The notes beneath the pieces were generated by a model. That model saw only the letters and a program-made list of their open reading frames with translations. It was not told the DNA's origin and ran no database searches. Positions 1 to 11,242 of a stretch of DNA of 64,000 bases are shown here, piece after piece. A program made the translations under genes and the position numbers. Where the stretch lies: assembly GCA_000004695.1 (NCBI GenBank), contig CM000151.3:320001-384000 (forward strand), written 5' to 3'. The stretch's first letter is position 1, and each line of letters starts with the position of its first letter. The DNA comes from Dictyostelium discoideum. Taxonomy: Eukaryota.

Positions 1-1019
1 TCCAATTAAAGCTCAACAAATTGAAAAACAAAAACAAAAACAAAATCAAAAAGAAGTTTCTTTAAAAATAAAAAAAAATAAAAAAAATGAAAAAAAAAAA
101 AAAAAAAAAAAGAAAGGAGTGGAGTTAATCAATTACATGTTCATATGTTAATCACAACATTTGTTTTTTTTTTTTTATTTTATTTTATTAAATTTAAAAT
201 AAAAATAAAATAATCAAAAAAGAACTTTACATTTTAACATCAAAAAAGTTAAAATAGAATATAAGTAAGGGGTTAAATAAAAAAGGAAAAAAAAAAAAAA
301 GATCACTTTTATCCCATTTTTGGTATTTTAAAAAATTATTTCAGATATGGTAATTTTTATTACTTTTAATTTTTTTTTTATTATTTTTTATTTTTTTTTT
401 GGGAAATCGGATTTAATTAAAATGGAAATTTTCCTTTTTTAATTAATAGAAATTGAAATAATATTTAGTATAAATAGTAAAAAAAAAAAAAATTAAAAAA
501 TCATTTTTAACAAAGAAATAACAAATAAAAAATAAATATAACTTTAAGCAAATACATATAGTTTTTCCAATGTAATCTTTTTTAAATTAAAAAAAAAAAA
601 AAAAAATTTAATAAATCTAACATATCAATCTAATCAATATTAAAAGTTTAATACTATTAAAAAGTTTAGATATAGGTTTTTTATGGTTGCTTAATTGTAA
701 CAAAAAAAAAAAATAAAAATAAAAAAAAAAAAAAAAAAAAAGAATTTTTTTATAAATTTAAATGGTAAATAATAATAACTATAATAATAATTATAATAAT
801 AATAATAAAAATAATATTATTAATTAAAAAAAAAAGTAGTAATAAACTAATGGTAATTTTTTAATGGTTGCGAAAACCCTTTTTAAAATATTAAACTAAG
901 AAACATTTAAATAACTATTAAAGTAAAAAAAGTTTAGATTGAAGTTTTATTACTGGATTTCTAAAAGAAAAATTAAAAAAAAGGGAGTTTCTTTAATAAA
1001 AATGTAGATGATTATGTAA

Positions 1020-1380
1020 GCGATACCTCTCCGATGATAATATATCGTTGAGATACCACCCTCAAATGATAAGACCGTTGAGATCTCTCAAATGATAAGA
1101 TATCGTTGTTTGGTTCACCATATGATATTACAGATTAAAGTAAATCAAAGGGCGGGGCCATTGTTTGGGTTGGTAATATAAAATGAATCAATTCTGATCA
1201 AATTTTAGAGAACTAAAATTTTGAAAGTATTTGACCATATATTTAAAAATATTACCACAATGCAAGCAATTTTAGAAATCCAGATAAAACTTCAAAAAAA
1301 ATCTTACTGGAAACCAATTACACCCGTTTTGCTAGGCTAAAAATGAATGGTTTGGAAAACTCATCAGGGGAAAAAAGAAA
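1020..1380. other. GC-richer non-coding island in an AT desert, with three direct repeats of about 20 bp (AAATGATAAGAYMGTTGAGAT), each containing a GATA-type WGATAR motif
   Basis: Direct reading. Repeats at about 1033-1052, 1062-1081 and 1089-1108. No ORF in any frame after reverse-complement translation. Confidence 0.3.
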
Positions 1381-1642
1381 TTAATAAATTTAATTATAAA
1401 ATAATAAAATTACGCAATTTATAATTTTTTTATTGATTTTATCAGATATTTCTTATTTTTTAATAGTTTTTGTCATATTTTTTTTACATAAACATACACC
1501 AACTCATATACACATAAAAAGATGAATATAGAATAACAATAATACAATAAATAAAATAAAATAAAATAAAATAATATAATATAATATAATATAATATGTG
1601 TAATAGTAATAATAATAATAATAATTTTTTAAGCCCAATCCA

Positions 1643-2716
1643 TTGGTATTACAGAAAACTTTATTTGAGAAATCTATAATATTTTCACTCTTTAAAATGT
1701 TACCTGTATCATCTAAACCATACTCTTTCAAAAAGTTATCAATTGGAATTTGTTTTGAAAATTTCTCAACATTCCAATCACATTGCCCTTTAATTGTAAA
1801 TCCAAATCCTTTTACAACATCATCTAAATCTAAACCTTCTTCACCCTTAATTTTACCTCTAGTTTTCTTCCAATAAACATATTCTGTAAATCCAACAGGT
1901 CCTGCAAAAACATTACCAAAATAAATAAAATCTCTCTAAAAAATAAATTAAAATTAGTAAAAAAAAACCAAAAAAAACAAAATAAATTATTATTTTTTAC
2001 TTACTGGTTTACCAAGTACAGGTATAATTGGTGTTAATAAATCAGCCAATTTATCAATATTTGCCATTTTAACAGCAGATCTATTAATAAAGATTGAACC
2101 TTTAATTGATTCATAAGGATTTGATTTGTTTCTTGCAACATAGAATCTCTTTGAATCTAAAGTATCCAATGCATTTTTATGTTGATCTAATTCCCCTAAT
2201 AACTCTTCTGAACAATGACCTCTTATTGGTTTATCTGTTATTGAACCTTACCAACAAATTTAACAAGGGTATGATCAACTGAAAATCCTTCCCATGGATT
2301 ATAACATTCACTATTACAATTTATCCATTCAAATATTTGTTTTGATGGAAAACCAAGATCCTCATCCTCTAATATATGTTCAGTTTGTCTATAAAATTCT
2401 GGTAAATCTTTCTCTGCAAATGCAAGTCCTTTTGTACTTTGAAATCTATCAACTTTAATTAAATCATTTCTACCATCTTGTTCTTTACCTAATCCTTGAC
2501 CTTCAATATGCCCATGTTTTGCCTTTTTTTAAAAAAAAAATAAATAAATAAATATTAAATTATTTTAATTTTTTTTTGATAAGTGATACATACCAAAAAA
2601 TTTGCACCAAAACTTAATTTAGGTGTATCTTCTTCTTCTTTATCATCATCTTCTTCATATACGAAACTATCTTCGAAATCTTGATCATCGTTTTCACTTC
2701 TATTTGATGATAACAT
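1643..2716 (-). CDS. Cap-specific mRNA (nucleoside-2'-O-)-methyltransferase 1 (CMTR1)-like, G-patch plus FtsJ/RrmJ domain; 5' part only, with the 3' exons unresolved. ATG at 2716; exon 1 2594-2716; intron roughly 2530-2593. Apparent frame discontinuity near 2245. Last recognisable exon about 1643-1920.
   Basis: Minus-strand translation MLSSNRSENDD...KAKHGHIEGQGLGKEQDGRNDLIKVD (G-patch-like), then ...RFYVARNKSNPYESIKGSIFINRSAVKMANID... and RDFIYFGNVFAGPVGFTEYVYWKK...GFGFTIKGQCDWNVEKF. These match the conserved SAM-binding region of the CMTR1 family (FYxARSRSNP..NRAAMKMAN; YFADVCAGPGGFSEYVLW; GFGMTLKG). Introns have GTATGT/GTAAGT...AG boundaries. Confidence 0.55.
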
Positions 2717-2790
2717 TCAAATTGGACACCCAACAATGGGTGATAGATTTTAAAAAAGAATAAAATTAATTTGGTTGAATTAATTGTTAA

Positions 2791-2823
<33 letters not shown>

Positions 2824-2911
2824 TAAAAAATGTGAATTTGAATGTTTGAATTAATAAATTAAAATGAAAAAAAAAAAAAAAAAAAAAAATATTGATAAAA
2901 ACATTCAAATT

Positions 2912-3320
2912 GGACACCCAAAAAAATTTTCATTTTATTTTTCATTTTTTTTTTTTTTTTTTTTACAAACAATAATTTAAATTTATTAATTCTTAATATG
3001 AATTAAGTATAGATAAATAGAGCACTCAAAAATACACAAAATGATATAAAAATTAAAAAAAATGAATGTAATCATTCTGTTTTTTGAATTTTTTATTTTA
3101 CTTTTTAAATCAAAATAAATTTTAAAGGCATTTTTAAATATCTTAAAAATATCTTAAAAATCACCTTTAAAATTATTTACCATTCATTCGTTTTTATCAA
3201 TAAAAAATAAAATTAGAAAAAAAAAAGAAAATTGTGATTTTTTTTTTTTTTTTATTTTTTTATTTTTTTTTTTTATTTTATTTTTTTTTTTTTTTTGGTT
3301 GTCCAATTTGAATGCTGTTA
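2912..3320. mobile_element. MITE-like short repeat with inverted termini CATTCAAATTGGACACC (2914-2932) and GGTTGTCCAATTTGAATG (3301-3318), immediately upstream of the first family-1 gene
   Basis: Inverted 17-18 bp termini seen directly. The internal block (tttaaatttattaattcttaatatgaattaagtatagataaatagagcactcaaaaatacacaaaatgatataaaa) recurs at 11410-11520 and partly at 18760-18830. A solo terminus occurs at 2711-2730. Confidence 0.35.
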
Positions 3321-3359
3321 TCAACCAAAAAAAAAATATAACAACTTAAACAAAAAATA

Positions 3360-5456
3360 ATGTCAAAAAATAAAAAAACTAAAACAGATAATAAAATATT
3401 TCAAGATGTTATTGATTTTGAAATTTTAAGACCTATAATCAATTATTTATTAATCAGCAAAAATAAAAATAATAATAATAATAATAATAATAATACTAAT
3501 AGTAATCAATATAAAATTAATAAATTTTATTTAAATAGAAATGAAATATTAAATTATATATTAGTTTCAAAAAAGTGGTATAATTTTATATCATTAACAA
3601 TATCAAATAATATAATTAATAATAAATCATTTGAAAATTGGTTAGAAATTAATAATAATAATAATAATAATAATAAATCATTTATTGAAAATTATAATAA
3701 TCAAAATCAATATGATAAAAATAATTTAATTTTTAATATTAAAAATGAAAAACCAAATTATTATAATCAAAAACGAAATAATACAGTTTTTAATAACAAA
3801 GAAGATAAACAAAATAAAATTAGTTTTAATAAAGAGTTTTCAATTATAAAAATCAAAGAATCAATAATCGATGATTATTTTAAATTCAATTTATTTTTAG
3901 ATGATATTACAATTGATGATTTTAAAGAAATTAAAAATAAATTTGAAAATAACCAATTACTATATAATAGAATTGTAGTTAATCTTAAAACTAGTGGTAA
4001 TAATACTTTATTTGAAATAAATGAATATGTATCAAATGAAAATTCAGAAATCGTATCAAATTTATTTAAAATATTAGAATTAAATTTTGATTTTTGGTTG
4101 GAGGATGGTTATAGTGCAAAATATGAAGAGTTGGAGGAGGAGGATGATCATGGTGGTAAGAAATGTACTGAATTATTTTTAATAAATAATTTATCAATTT
4201 CTGGTTTTAATATTAGTATAGGTAATGATGAAACATTAAAGATATTCAAAAATTTCAAAAGTAAACATATAATATATGATGGGTCAGATGATGTTGATAA
4301 TTATCAAGCGCATGCCAATTATTCAGTATTATTCGATCCAGATAATTCAGGTCAACAAGTTGAATCAATTAAAGTACAAAGTAAACATGGTAATAAAGAG
4401 TCTGTTGAACCACTCCATTTGATCAACGTTAATCAATTTGAAAATTTACATTCAATTACAATACCAATAAATTCAATTCTATTATTATCAGAGATATCTA
4501 AAGAAATGGGCTTTTATGGATTCTATGATGGAAATGCATATTCAAGTTTTACTGGAGATGTCAAATCAGAATTAATCGAAATGGTCTTTTCAATCGCTAC
4601 AAGTGAATCTTTAAAGAATTTAAATATAACATCAATCAATTTTGAACAATATCCAATTAATTTCCAAGATTACGCTCACTATTATTTATCTCTTCCTGGT
4701 GGTGGTGGTCTTGAATTTTTTGCAAACAAAATAAATGAAATTATAGAACAATTTTCAAATTCATTTCAACCATTATTTTCAGAATTAAATACATCAATTG
4801 AAAGAATTGAATTTGATTGTTGTGGTTTATTAAATATCAATACATTTTCAAATTTATTAAATAATAAATCAATTAAATATTTATATTTATATAATAGTGA
4901 TTTCATTGTTTATTCATTAAAACAAAATGATAGTGGTAGTGGTAGTATGAAGCAAATGCATAAAGAACCTATTTCAATTAATCAATATTTATTTGAAAAT
5001 ATATTTTCATCACCATTAACATCAATTAGACATTATAAAATTAATTTCAAAGAATCAAAACAAATCAAACCAGTATTTAATTTAATATTAAATAATATTT
5101 TTAAATTACAATTATATTCATTAATATTTGTATTAAATAAAAGTAAATTAATTGGTGAATTTGTTAAAGAATTTAAAAATTTAATAAATAATATTTCAAT
5201 ACAACTACAACATCAACAAGAACAACAACAACAACAAGAACAACAAAAACAAAAATTAAATAATATAAATTTAAAAGAATTTAAAATTAAAATTGAAATT
5301 GAAAATAAAATTAAAATTAAAATCAAAGATAAAAATGAAATTAAAATTAATGAAAGGTATATTCAAGAATTAAATAATATTGATAATCCATATTTCACAA
5401 CAGTAATAAAGAAGATAGTTAGAAATGAAACCCCAAAAAAAAATTATCGAAAATAA
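3360..5456 (+). CDS. Family-1 paralog, copy 1 (698 aa, uninterrupted): putative F-box-like N-terminus and an Asn-rich protein of unknown function
   Basis: Long ORF. The N-terminal segment KIFQDVIDFEILRPIINYLL...FYLNRNEILNYILVSKKWYNFISL resembles the F-box consensus (LP.EIL..I...L...VSK.W). Paralogous to 14485-16395 and to the pseudocopies listed below. Confidence 0.7.
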   Translation: MSKNKKTKTDNKIFQDVIDFEILRPIINYLLISKNKNNNNNNNNNTNSNQYKINKFYLNRNEILNYILVSKKWYNFISLTISNNIINNKSFENWLEINNNNNNNNKSFIENYNNQNQYDKNNLIFNIKNEKPNYYNQKRNNTVFNNKEDKQNKISFNKEFSIIKIKESIIDDYFKFNLFLDDITIDDFKEIKNKFENNQLLYNRIVVNLKTSGNNTLFEINEYVSNENSEIVSNLFKILELNFDFWLEDGYSAKYEELEEEDDHGGKKCTELFLINNLSISGFNISIGNDETLKIFKNFKSKHIIYDGSDDVDNYQAHANYSVLFDPDNSGQQVESIKVQSKHGNKESVEPLHLINVNQFENLHSITIPINSILLLSEISKEMGFYGFYDGNAYSSFTGDVKSELIEMVFSIATSESLKNLNITSINFEQYPINFQDYAHYYLSLPGGGGLEFFANKINEIIEQFSNSFQPLFSELNTSIERIEFDCCGLLNINTFSNLLNNKSIKYLYLYNSDFIVYSLKQNDSGSGSMKQMHKEPISINQYLFENIFSSPLTSIRHYKINFKESKQIKPVFNLILNNIFKLQLYSLIFVLNKSKLIGEFVKEFKNLINNISIQLQHQQEQQQQQEQQKQKLNNINLKEFKIKIEIENKIKIKIKDKNEIKINERYIQELNNIDNPYFTTVIKKIVRNETPKKNYRK

Positions 5457-5794
5457 ATCAGGTTCTTCTCATTAATTGTATGGGATTTTATTATTATAAT
5501 AATAATTTTTTTTTTATTTCTATAATTCATTTTTAAGTATCAAGGTTGGTTATATTATTTTATTTATATATTTATTTTAATTTCAAAGGATGGAAAGAAA
5601 TGTGGAGGTGAATCTATTTCTACTTATTTGATAAATAGTGTGTAGTCCTGTATTTGACGTTTTACCACCACCATCACAACTACTTGATTTATTTCCAGTA
5701 GTTGATTGATGGTACAGCATGAATAGTTGGCAGACTTCCATGGAAGTTGATGAATGAATTTTAAATTTAAATGGTTTAAAAATTTAAATGTTGT

Positions 5795-5885
5795 TTATTG
5801 GTGTGCACACAGGGTCATAGGTTCCCCGTCATTTTTTGAAAATGGGCATATCCCCTTAAAATAAAAAACTATATGCTAAAATTTA
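5795..5885 (+). repeat. About 95-bp GC-containing dispersed repeat; an inverted copy lies at 18540-18632
   Basis: tgtgcacacagggtcataggttccccgtcattttttgaaaatggg..atatcccttaaaataaaaa.ctatatgctaaaatttatctcttttt is present in opposite orientations at both sites. Each lies just downstream of a family-1 copy. Confidence 0.5.
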
Positions 5886-6164
5886 TCTCTTTTTATGTCC
5901 AATCATTTCATTACAGTTAGTGGTGGTGGTGGTGGTGGAACTATTACCAATACTATCTACTATTTCCTTTACTTTATTGTTGTTGTGTGATATATTGTTG
6001 ATTATTTATTTTTTTGCTGCATATTTTGTTTATTTATTTATTTTTTTTTTTTATTTTTTTATTTTATTTTTTAATCTCGAACGAAAAATTTTCAAAAAAA
6101 AAAAATTAACCTCTTTTGACATTATTATTTGTTTAAATTAACTCACTCTTTATAATTTAAACAA

Positions 6165-6201
6165 ATAATAATGTCAACAAATAAAAAAATTAACCAGCAA
6201 A

Positions 6202-6234
<33 letters not shown>

Positions 6235-6410
6235 TATAATAATAATAGTAATAATAATAATAATTATACTTCTAATAATATAAAATTAGTAAATAATATT
6301 AATCAATATAAAATTAGTAAATTTTATTTGAATAGAAATGAAATATTTAATTATATATTAGTTTCAAAAAAGTGATAATTTTATATCATTAACAATATCA
6401 AATAACATTA
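6165..6410 (+). pseudogene. Family-1 N-terminal fragment with internal deletions
   Basis: Conserved leader aaacaaataataatgtcaacaaataaaaaaatt followed by degraded matches to copy 1 (caatataaaattagtaaattttatttgaatagaaatgaaatat...). Confidence 0.5.
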
Positions 6411-6564
6411 TTAATAATAAATCAACAAACCCGCTTGCATAAAATTTAATAAAAATAAAATATAAAAAAAAAATAAAATAAAAATTTCTAAAAGTTTGGC
6501 AAACAAAAAAAAAATAAGTTTTTTATTCAAAACATACTCTTTATAATTTTTAAAACAAATAATA

Positions 6565-6675
6565 ATGTCAACAAATAAAAAAATTAAAACAGATAATAAT
6601 AATAATAATAAAATATTTCAAGAAATTATTGATTTTGGAATTTTAAAATCTTTAATCGATTATTTATTAATCAAC

Positions 6676-6746
<71 letters not shown>

Positions 6747-8340
6747 TAATAATCACAATACTAGTAATCAATATAAAATTAATAAATTTTATTTAAATAG
6801 AAATGAAATATTAAATTATATATTAGTTCAAAAAAGTGGTATAATTTTATATCATTAACAATATCAAATAATATTATTGATAATAAATTATTTGAACATT
6901 GGTTAAACATTAATAATATTAGTAATAAATCATTTATTGAAAATTATAATAATCGAAATCAATATGATAAAAATAATTTAATTTCTAAAAACAAAGAAGA
7001 TAATCATAATAAAATTAGTTTTAATAAAGAGTTTTCAATTATAAAAATCAAAGAATCAATAATCAATGATTATTTTAAATTCAATTTATTTTTATATAAG
7101 ATTACAATTGATAATTTTAAAGATATTAAAAATAAATTTGAAAATAATCAATTACTTTATAATAGAATTGTTGTTAATGTTGATACTGGTTATGATGAAG
7201 AGAATCTAGATGAAATTTTATTTAGGATACATGTGTATCAAATGAAAATTCAGAAATCATATCAAATTGATTTAAAATATTAGAAAAAAATTATGATTTT
7301 ATGGTAATCGATGGTTATAATACAAACTCTGAAGAGGAGGAGGAGGATAAAAGTAATAAGAAATGTACTGAAATATATTTTAATAATTTATCAATTGTAG
7401 GTTTTGATACAAATATAGGTGAGGATAGAGAAGCAGTAAAGATATTCAAAATATTCAAAAGTATAAATATATTTTATGATGGGACCTTTCTTAATGCTAT
7501 TCCAACACATGTCAATTATTCAGCATTATTTGATCCAGATAATTCAGGTCAACAAGTTAAATCAATTATAGTACAAATTGGACGTGAAGAATATTCTGAT
7601 TTTGTTGAACCACGTCATTTAATCAAAGTTAATCAATTTGAAAATTTACATTCAATTACATTTTCAATCAATTCATTTCAAATATTATCCAATCTATCGA
7701 AAGAAATGGGATATTTTAGTTTCAAATGTATAAAATCTGATTTTGGTAATTCAGATAATATCAAATCAGAATTAAATCAAATGGTAAATTCAATCATTAC
7801 AAGTAAATATTTAAAGAATTTAAAAATAACATCCATTAATACAGAAAAACATCCAATTGATTATGATACTTATTATGATTATGGTGAACCTCAAGCTTTT
7901 GTTAATAAAATAAATGAAACTGCAGAATCATTTTCAAATTCATTTAAACCATTATTTTCAGAATTAAATACATCAATCGAAAGAATTGAATTTGATTGTA
8001 TGGATCAATACATTTCAAAATTATTAAATAATAAATCAATTAAATATTTATATGATAGTGATTTCATTGTTTACTCATTAAAACCAAGTGGTGGTGCTGG
8101 TGGTGCTGATGGTAGTCAAGTACATAAAGAACCTATTTCAATTAATCTATATCTATTTGATAACATATTTCCATCACCATTTACATCAATTAGACATTAA
8201 AGAATTAAATTCAAAGAATCAAAACAATTAAAATTCATATTTAATTTAATATTAAATAATATTTTTAAATTACCATTATATTCATTAATATTTGAAGAAT
8301 TAATTAATATTAATAGTCTATATTTCAAAATAGTAATAAA
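6565..8340 (+). pseudogene. Family-1 paralog, copy 3, disrupted by frameshifts and stop codons
   Basis: ORFs 6565-6858 and 7301-8200 are collinear with copies 1 and 5 (...FDPDNSGQQVKSI..., NTSIERIEFDC...) but the frame is broken at about 6850, 7250 and 8200. Confidence 0.6.
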
Positions 8341-8675
8341 GAATAACTATAAATATGAACGTGACATTTTTCAAAAACTCTTCATCAGTCCAAAAGCCCC
8401 AAAAAAAAATAAAAATAAAAATTGAATAAACACACTGCAAAAATTAATAATATTTTAATTTTTTATTATTTTTTTTTCAAATAGTTTTTAGCTTTTTCTT
8501 TATTTATCATTTTTTTAATTTCTTTTAAATTTATTTTTTATGTAATTTTAAAAACATTCAAACCAAATATCAATATTACACTTTTCAAATAAGCTTAAAA
8601 AATAATAAAATAATAAATAAAAAGTGTGGAATTTTAAAGATTTTTTGACTTAACCGATTTATTAATAAATTTTTT

Positions 8676-10048
8676 TTAAAGTTCAATTTTTGGTTCCCAA
8701 CCTAACATGGTAACATCACAATTTTTCACCTTTGGATGAGTGAGTTGTTGTTTATATTTTGGAGTTCTGTAAACAAAAGTTTCAAATGGGAAATTTGTTA
8801 AAGGAGTATCAAAAAGGTATAAATTAACTGATTGTGGTATTTCACTTTTTTCTTGATTAAATCCATCTAATAAAAACCAATTGGAAACACAATTTGGTAT
8901 TGAACCTTTTAATAATGGTTTTTTAATTGCACCAACGAGCAGATATGTAATTGATTCTGGTAGCATACCTTTTGTTAGTTGAATATTGAATCCATCAAGT
9001 AATAGTAAAAATTGAACCGATGTTGGAATTGAACCTATTTCAATTGTTTTAACACTTGGTGCAATCGCTACACGAATAGTACCTTTTGGAATGACAGAAT
9101 CATTTTTATAAAAAAAATATTCATATCCTAAAACTGTATATAATAATTTAATATTAATAAAATAATTTAAATAAACAAAACCACAATTATTATTATTGTA
9201 GTTTTATTTTTTCAAAATATTTACCAGTAACTCTTTTTGGATCCTTTACATTTGTAATAGAGGGGGAATCTCTAATTTCAAATATTTCTTTAATTGAATT
9301 TTTAACTTGTTCACTATTTACAATATTTACATTTTTATATTGATTCATTAATTCTTTGATTTTATTAACATTTTGATTATCTTTTATTAATAGTTGTGAT
9401 TGGTGACAATGTTTTAACATTTCAATATGTTGATAACTATTATTATTATTGTTTTTATTATTATTAATGATTTCATCAATATTTATTTGATTTATTGTAT
9501 TTTTATATTTATTTGTAATTAAATTAATAATATTTAAATTATCATGTATAGTGGTTGAAATATTTGTATTGGTATCTTTATTTTCATCATAGATTGTTAC
9601 TAATTGTTTGATTTTATCAATTTCAATGATTTGTAATAATTTGGAGAGTTCTTTAAATTCTTCTGTGATTGTATTTACATTTTCAGTGTGTTTATCTTCT
9701 AATGATTTAAATAAATTATTTGATTCTTTCAATAGCTCATTATTGATACCGATTTGGTTATTTAAATTTTGAAGGTGATTATTTTTGAATTCTTCAAAGA
9801 TTGCTTTTGAATTCTCTACATCTATATGATCAAATTTATGACCAATATGACCTGAAACAATACAATCATTACATACTACTGTCTGTTATAATTGTAATAA
9901 TATGAATGAAAATAATTAGTAAGAATTACTTTTTTTTTATTTATTAAAATGTAGAATAATAACTACCTTACAGGTTGAACAAATCAATTTAATATCATAC
10001 TCTTTATGTATTGAACATTTGTTATCATATTTATTTATATTATCCATT
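8676..10048 (-). CDS. B-box zinc-finger, coiled-coil, FNIP-repeat protein. Three exons: about 9970-10048, about 9193-9885 and 8676-about 9120.
   Basis: Translation MDNINKYDNKCSIHKEYDIKLICSTCK / TVVCNDCIVSGHIGHKFDHIDVEN... (B-box-type Cys/His pattern). ORF 9193-9732 is coiled-coil-like. The C-terminal exon carries FNIP-type repeats (IPTSVQFLLLLDGFNIQ...LPESITYLLVGAIKKPLLKGSIPNCVSNWFLLDGFNQ). Confidence 0.6.
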
Positions 10049-10229
10049 GTAAAAATTTTGAAATGATTTAAAAAAAATAAATTTTGGTGTTAAGATTCAA
10101 AAAAAAAAAAATAAAAAAAAAATAAAAAAAAATAAAATAAAATAAAAAAAATAAAAATTAAAAAAAGAAAATCTTATTATTATTATAGCAATGAATTAAA
10201 AATTTTTTATTTATTTATTTATTTGTTTA

Positions 10230-10923
10230 TTTGTTGTTTATGTAATCCGAAGTGATTTGAGGTTGTGATGGTGATTGTGTTGTTGGATATGTTTGTTGTT
10301 GTTGTTCTTGTGGTGATTTTTGAGTTTGTTCTACTGGTTATTGTGTTTGTATTTGGTGAATATTGTTGATGTATTATTAAAAGATTGAAAATCTTGATTT
10401 TTCCAATCACTGATGCTGAATTAACACTACCAAATCTAATACAATGTCGTTGTATTTGATTTTTGAAAATTTGCTAAAATATTTCACCACTAGTTGTGGC
10501 ACTATCGGTATCAACACCCCTCTGCTATGTCGTCAGGGAAAAGGAATTGAACTTTTAATGGTACCTTTTTACCAAGTGCTTCGATCTCTGTATCTACACA
10601 GGTGTTAATGAATGTGGACCCAATTGAGTGAGTGCATCCAACCTATAGAGACAATACTAGCGAAACCATCATCATCATCTCTACTTTATTTAAAAGAGTG
10701 TAAATAGTTTGAAACATACTTTGAAAGTCTTGATATCGGGTGCAAATGAACCACAACACCACAACAAAGTGATAACAATTCCCAACCTCTAAAGCTTTAT
10801 TCTCTCTCTCTTTTACCTGGATGACCTGTCAATTGTTTAATGATTTGACAATAGATTTCATCACGTAACTCTGGATGATTTAAACATTGACGAACATAAA
10901 TGTACAAATTTGATTATGTGGTT

Positions 10924-10966
<43 letters not shown>

Positions 10967-11100
10967 CCCATATATTATAAATTTGCAACAATTGATGCAT
11001 TTAAATTATTATTATTATTTATATTATCATTATTTGATGAAAATACTTTATTAACGACAACTGGTGATGTTGAAGGAAAATAAATAAATGATGGGTTACA
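10230..11100 (+). repeat. Segmental duplication, copy 1 (about 0.9 kb); second copy at 16640-17840. Contains a (TTTC)n microsatellite at 10921-10970.
   Basis: Long collinear identity between 10400-11090 and 16780-17840, e.g. ccaatcactgatgctg.attaacacta...ttcaccactagttgtggcactatcg.tatcaacacc...tacctggatgacctgtcaattgtttaatgatttga.aatagat.tcatcacgtaactctggatgattt. Confidence 0.65.
10816..10905 (-). pseudogene. Orphan exon fragment encoding a MyTH4-domain segment (..[30 protein letters not shown]), carried inside the segmental duplication. Second copy at 17612-17687.
   Basis: Minus-strand translation matches the conserved MyTH4 core ([16 protein letters not shown].np). It is followed by a GTAAAAG...AG intron-like segment and [10 protein letters not shown]. 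No upstream exons are present in the window. Confidence 0.45.
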
Positions 11101-11189
11101 AAAAATTTTCAGTGTGAGATTTGAAAAAAAAAAATTAAAAAAAAAAAAATAAAAAAAATAAAAAAAAAATAAAAAAAATAAAAAAAAAA

Positions 11190-11242
11190 GGATATATAAA
11201 AATCAAATCTAACCATTTGTTAGATTTGATTTTTATATATCC
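11190..11242. repeat. Perfect 24-bp inverted repeat (hairpin) with a 5-nt loop
   Basis: ggatatataaaaatcaaatctaac cattt gttagatttgatttttatatatcc. Confidence 0.6.
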
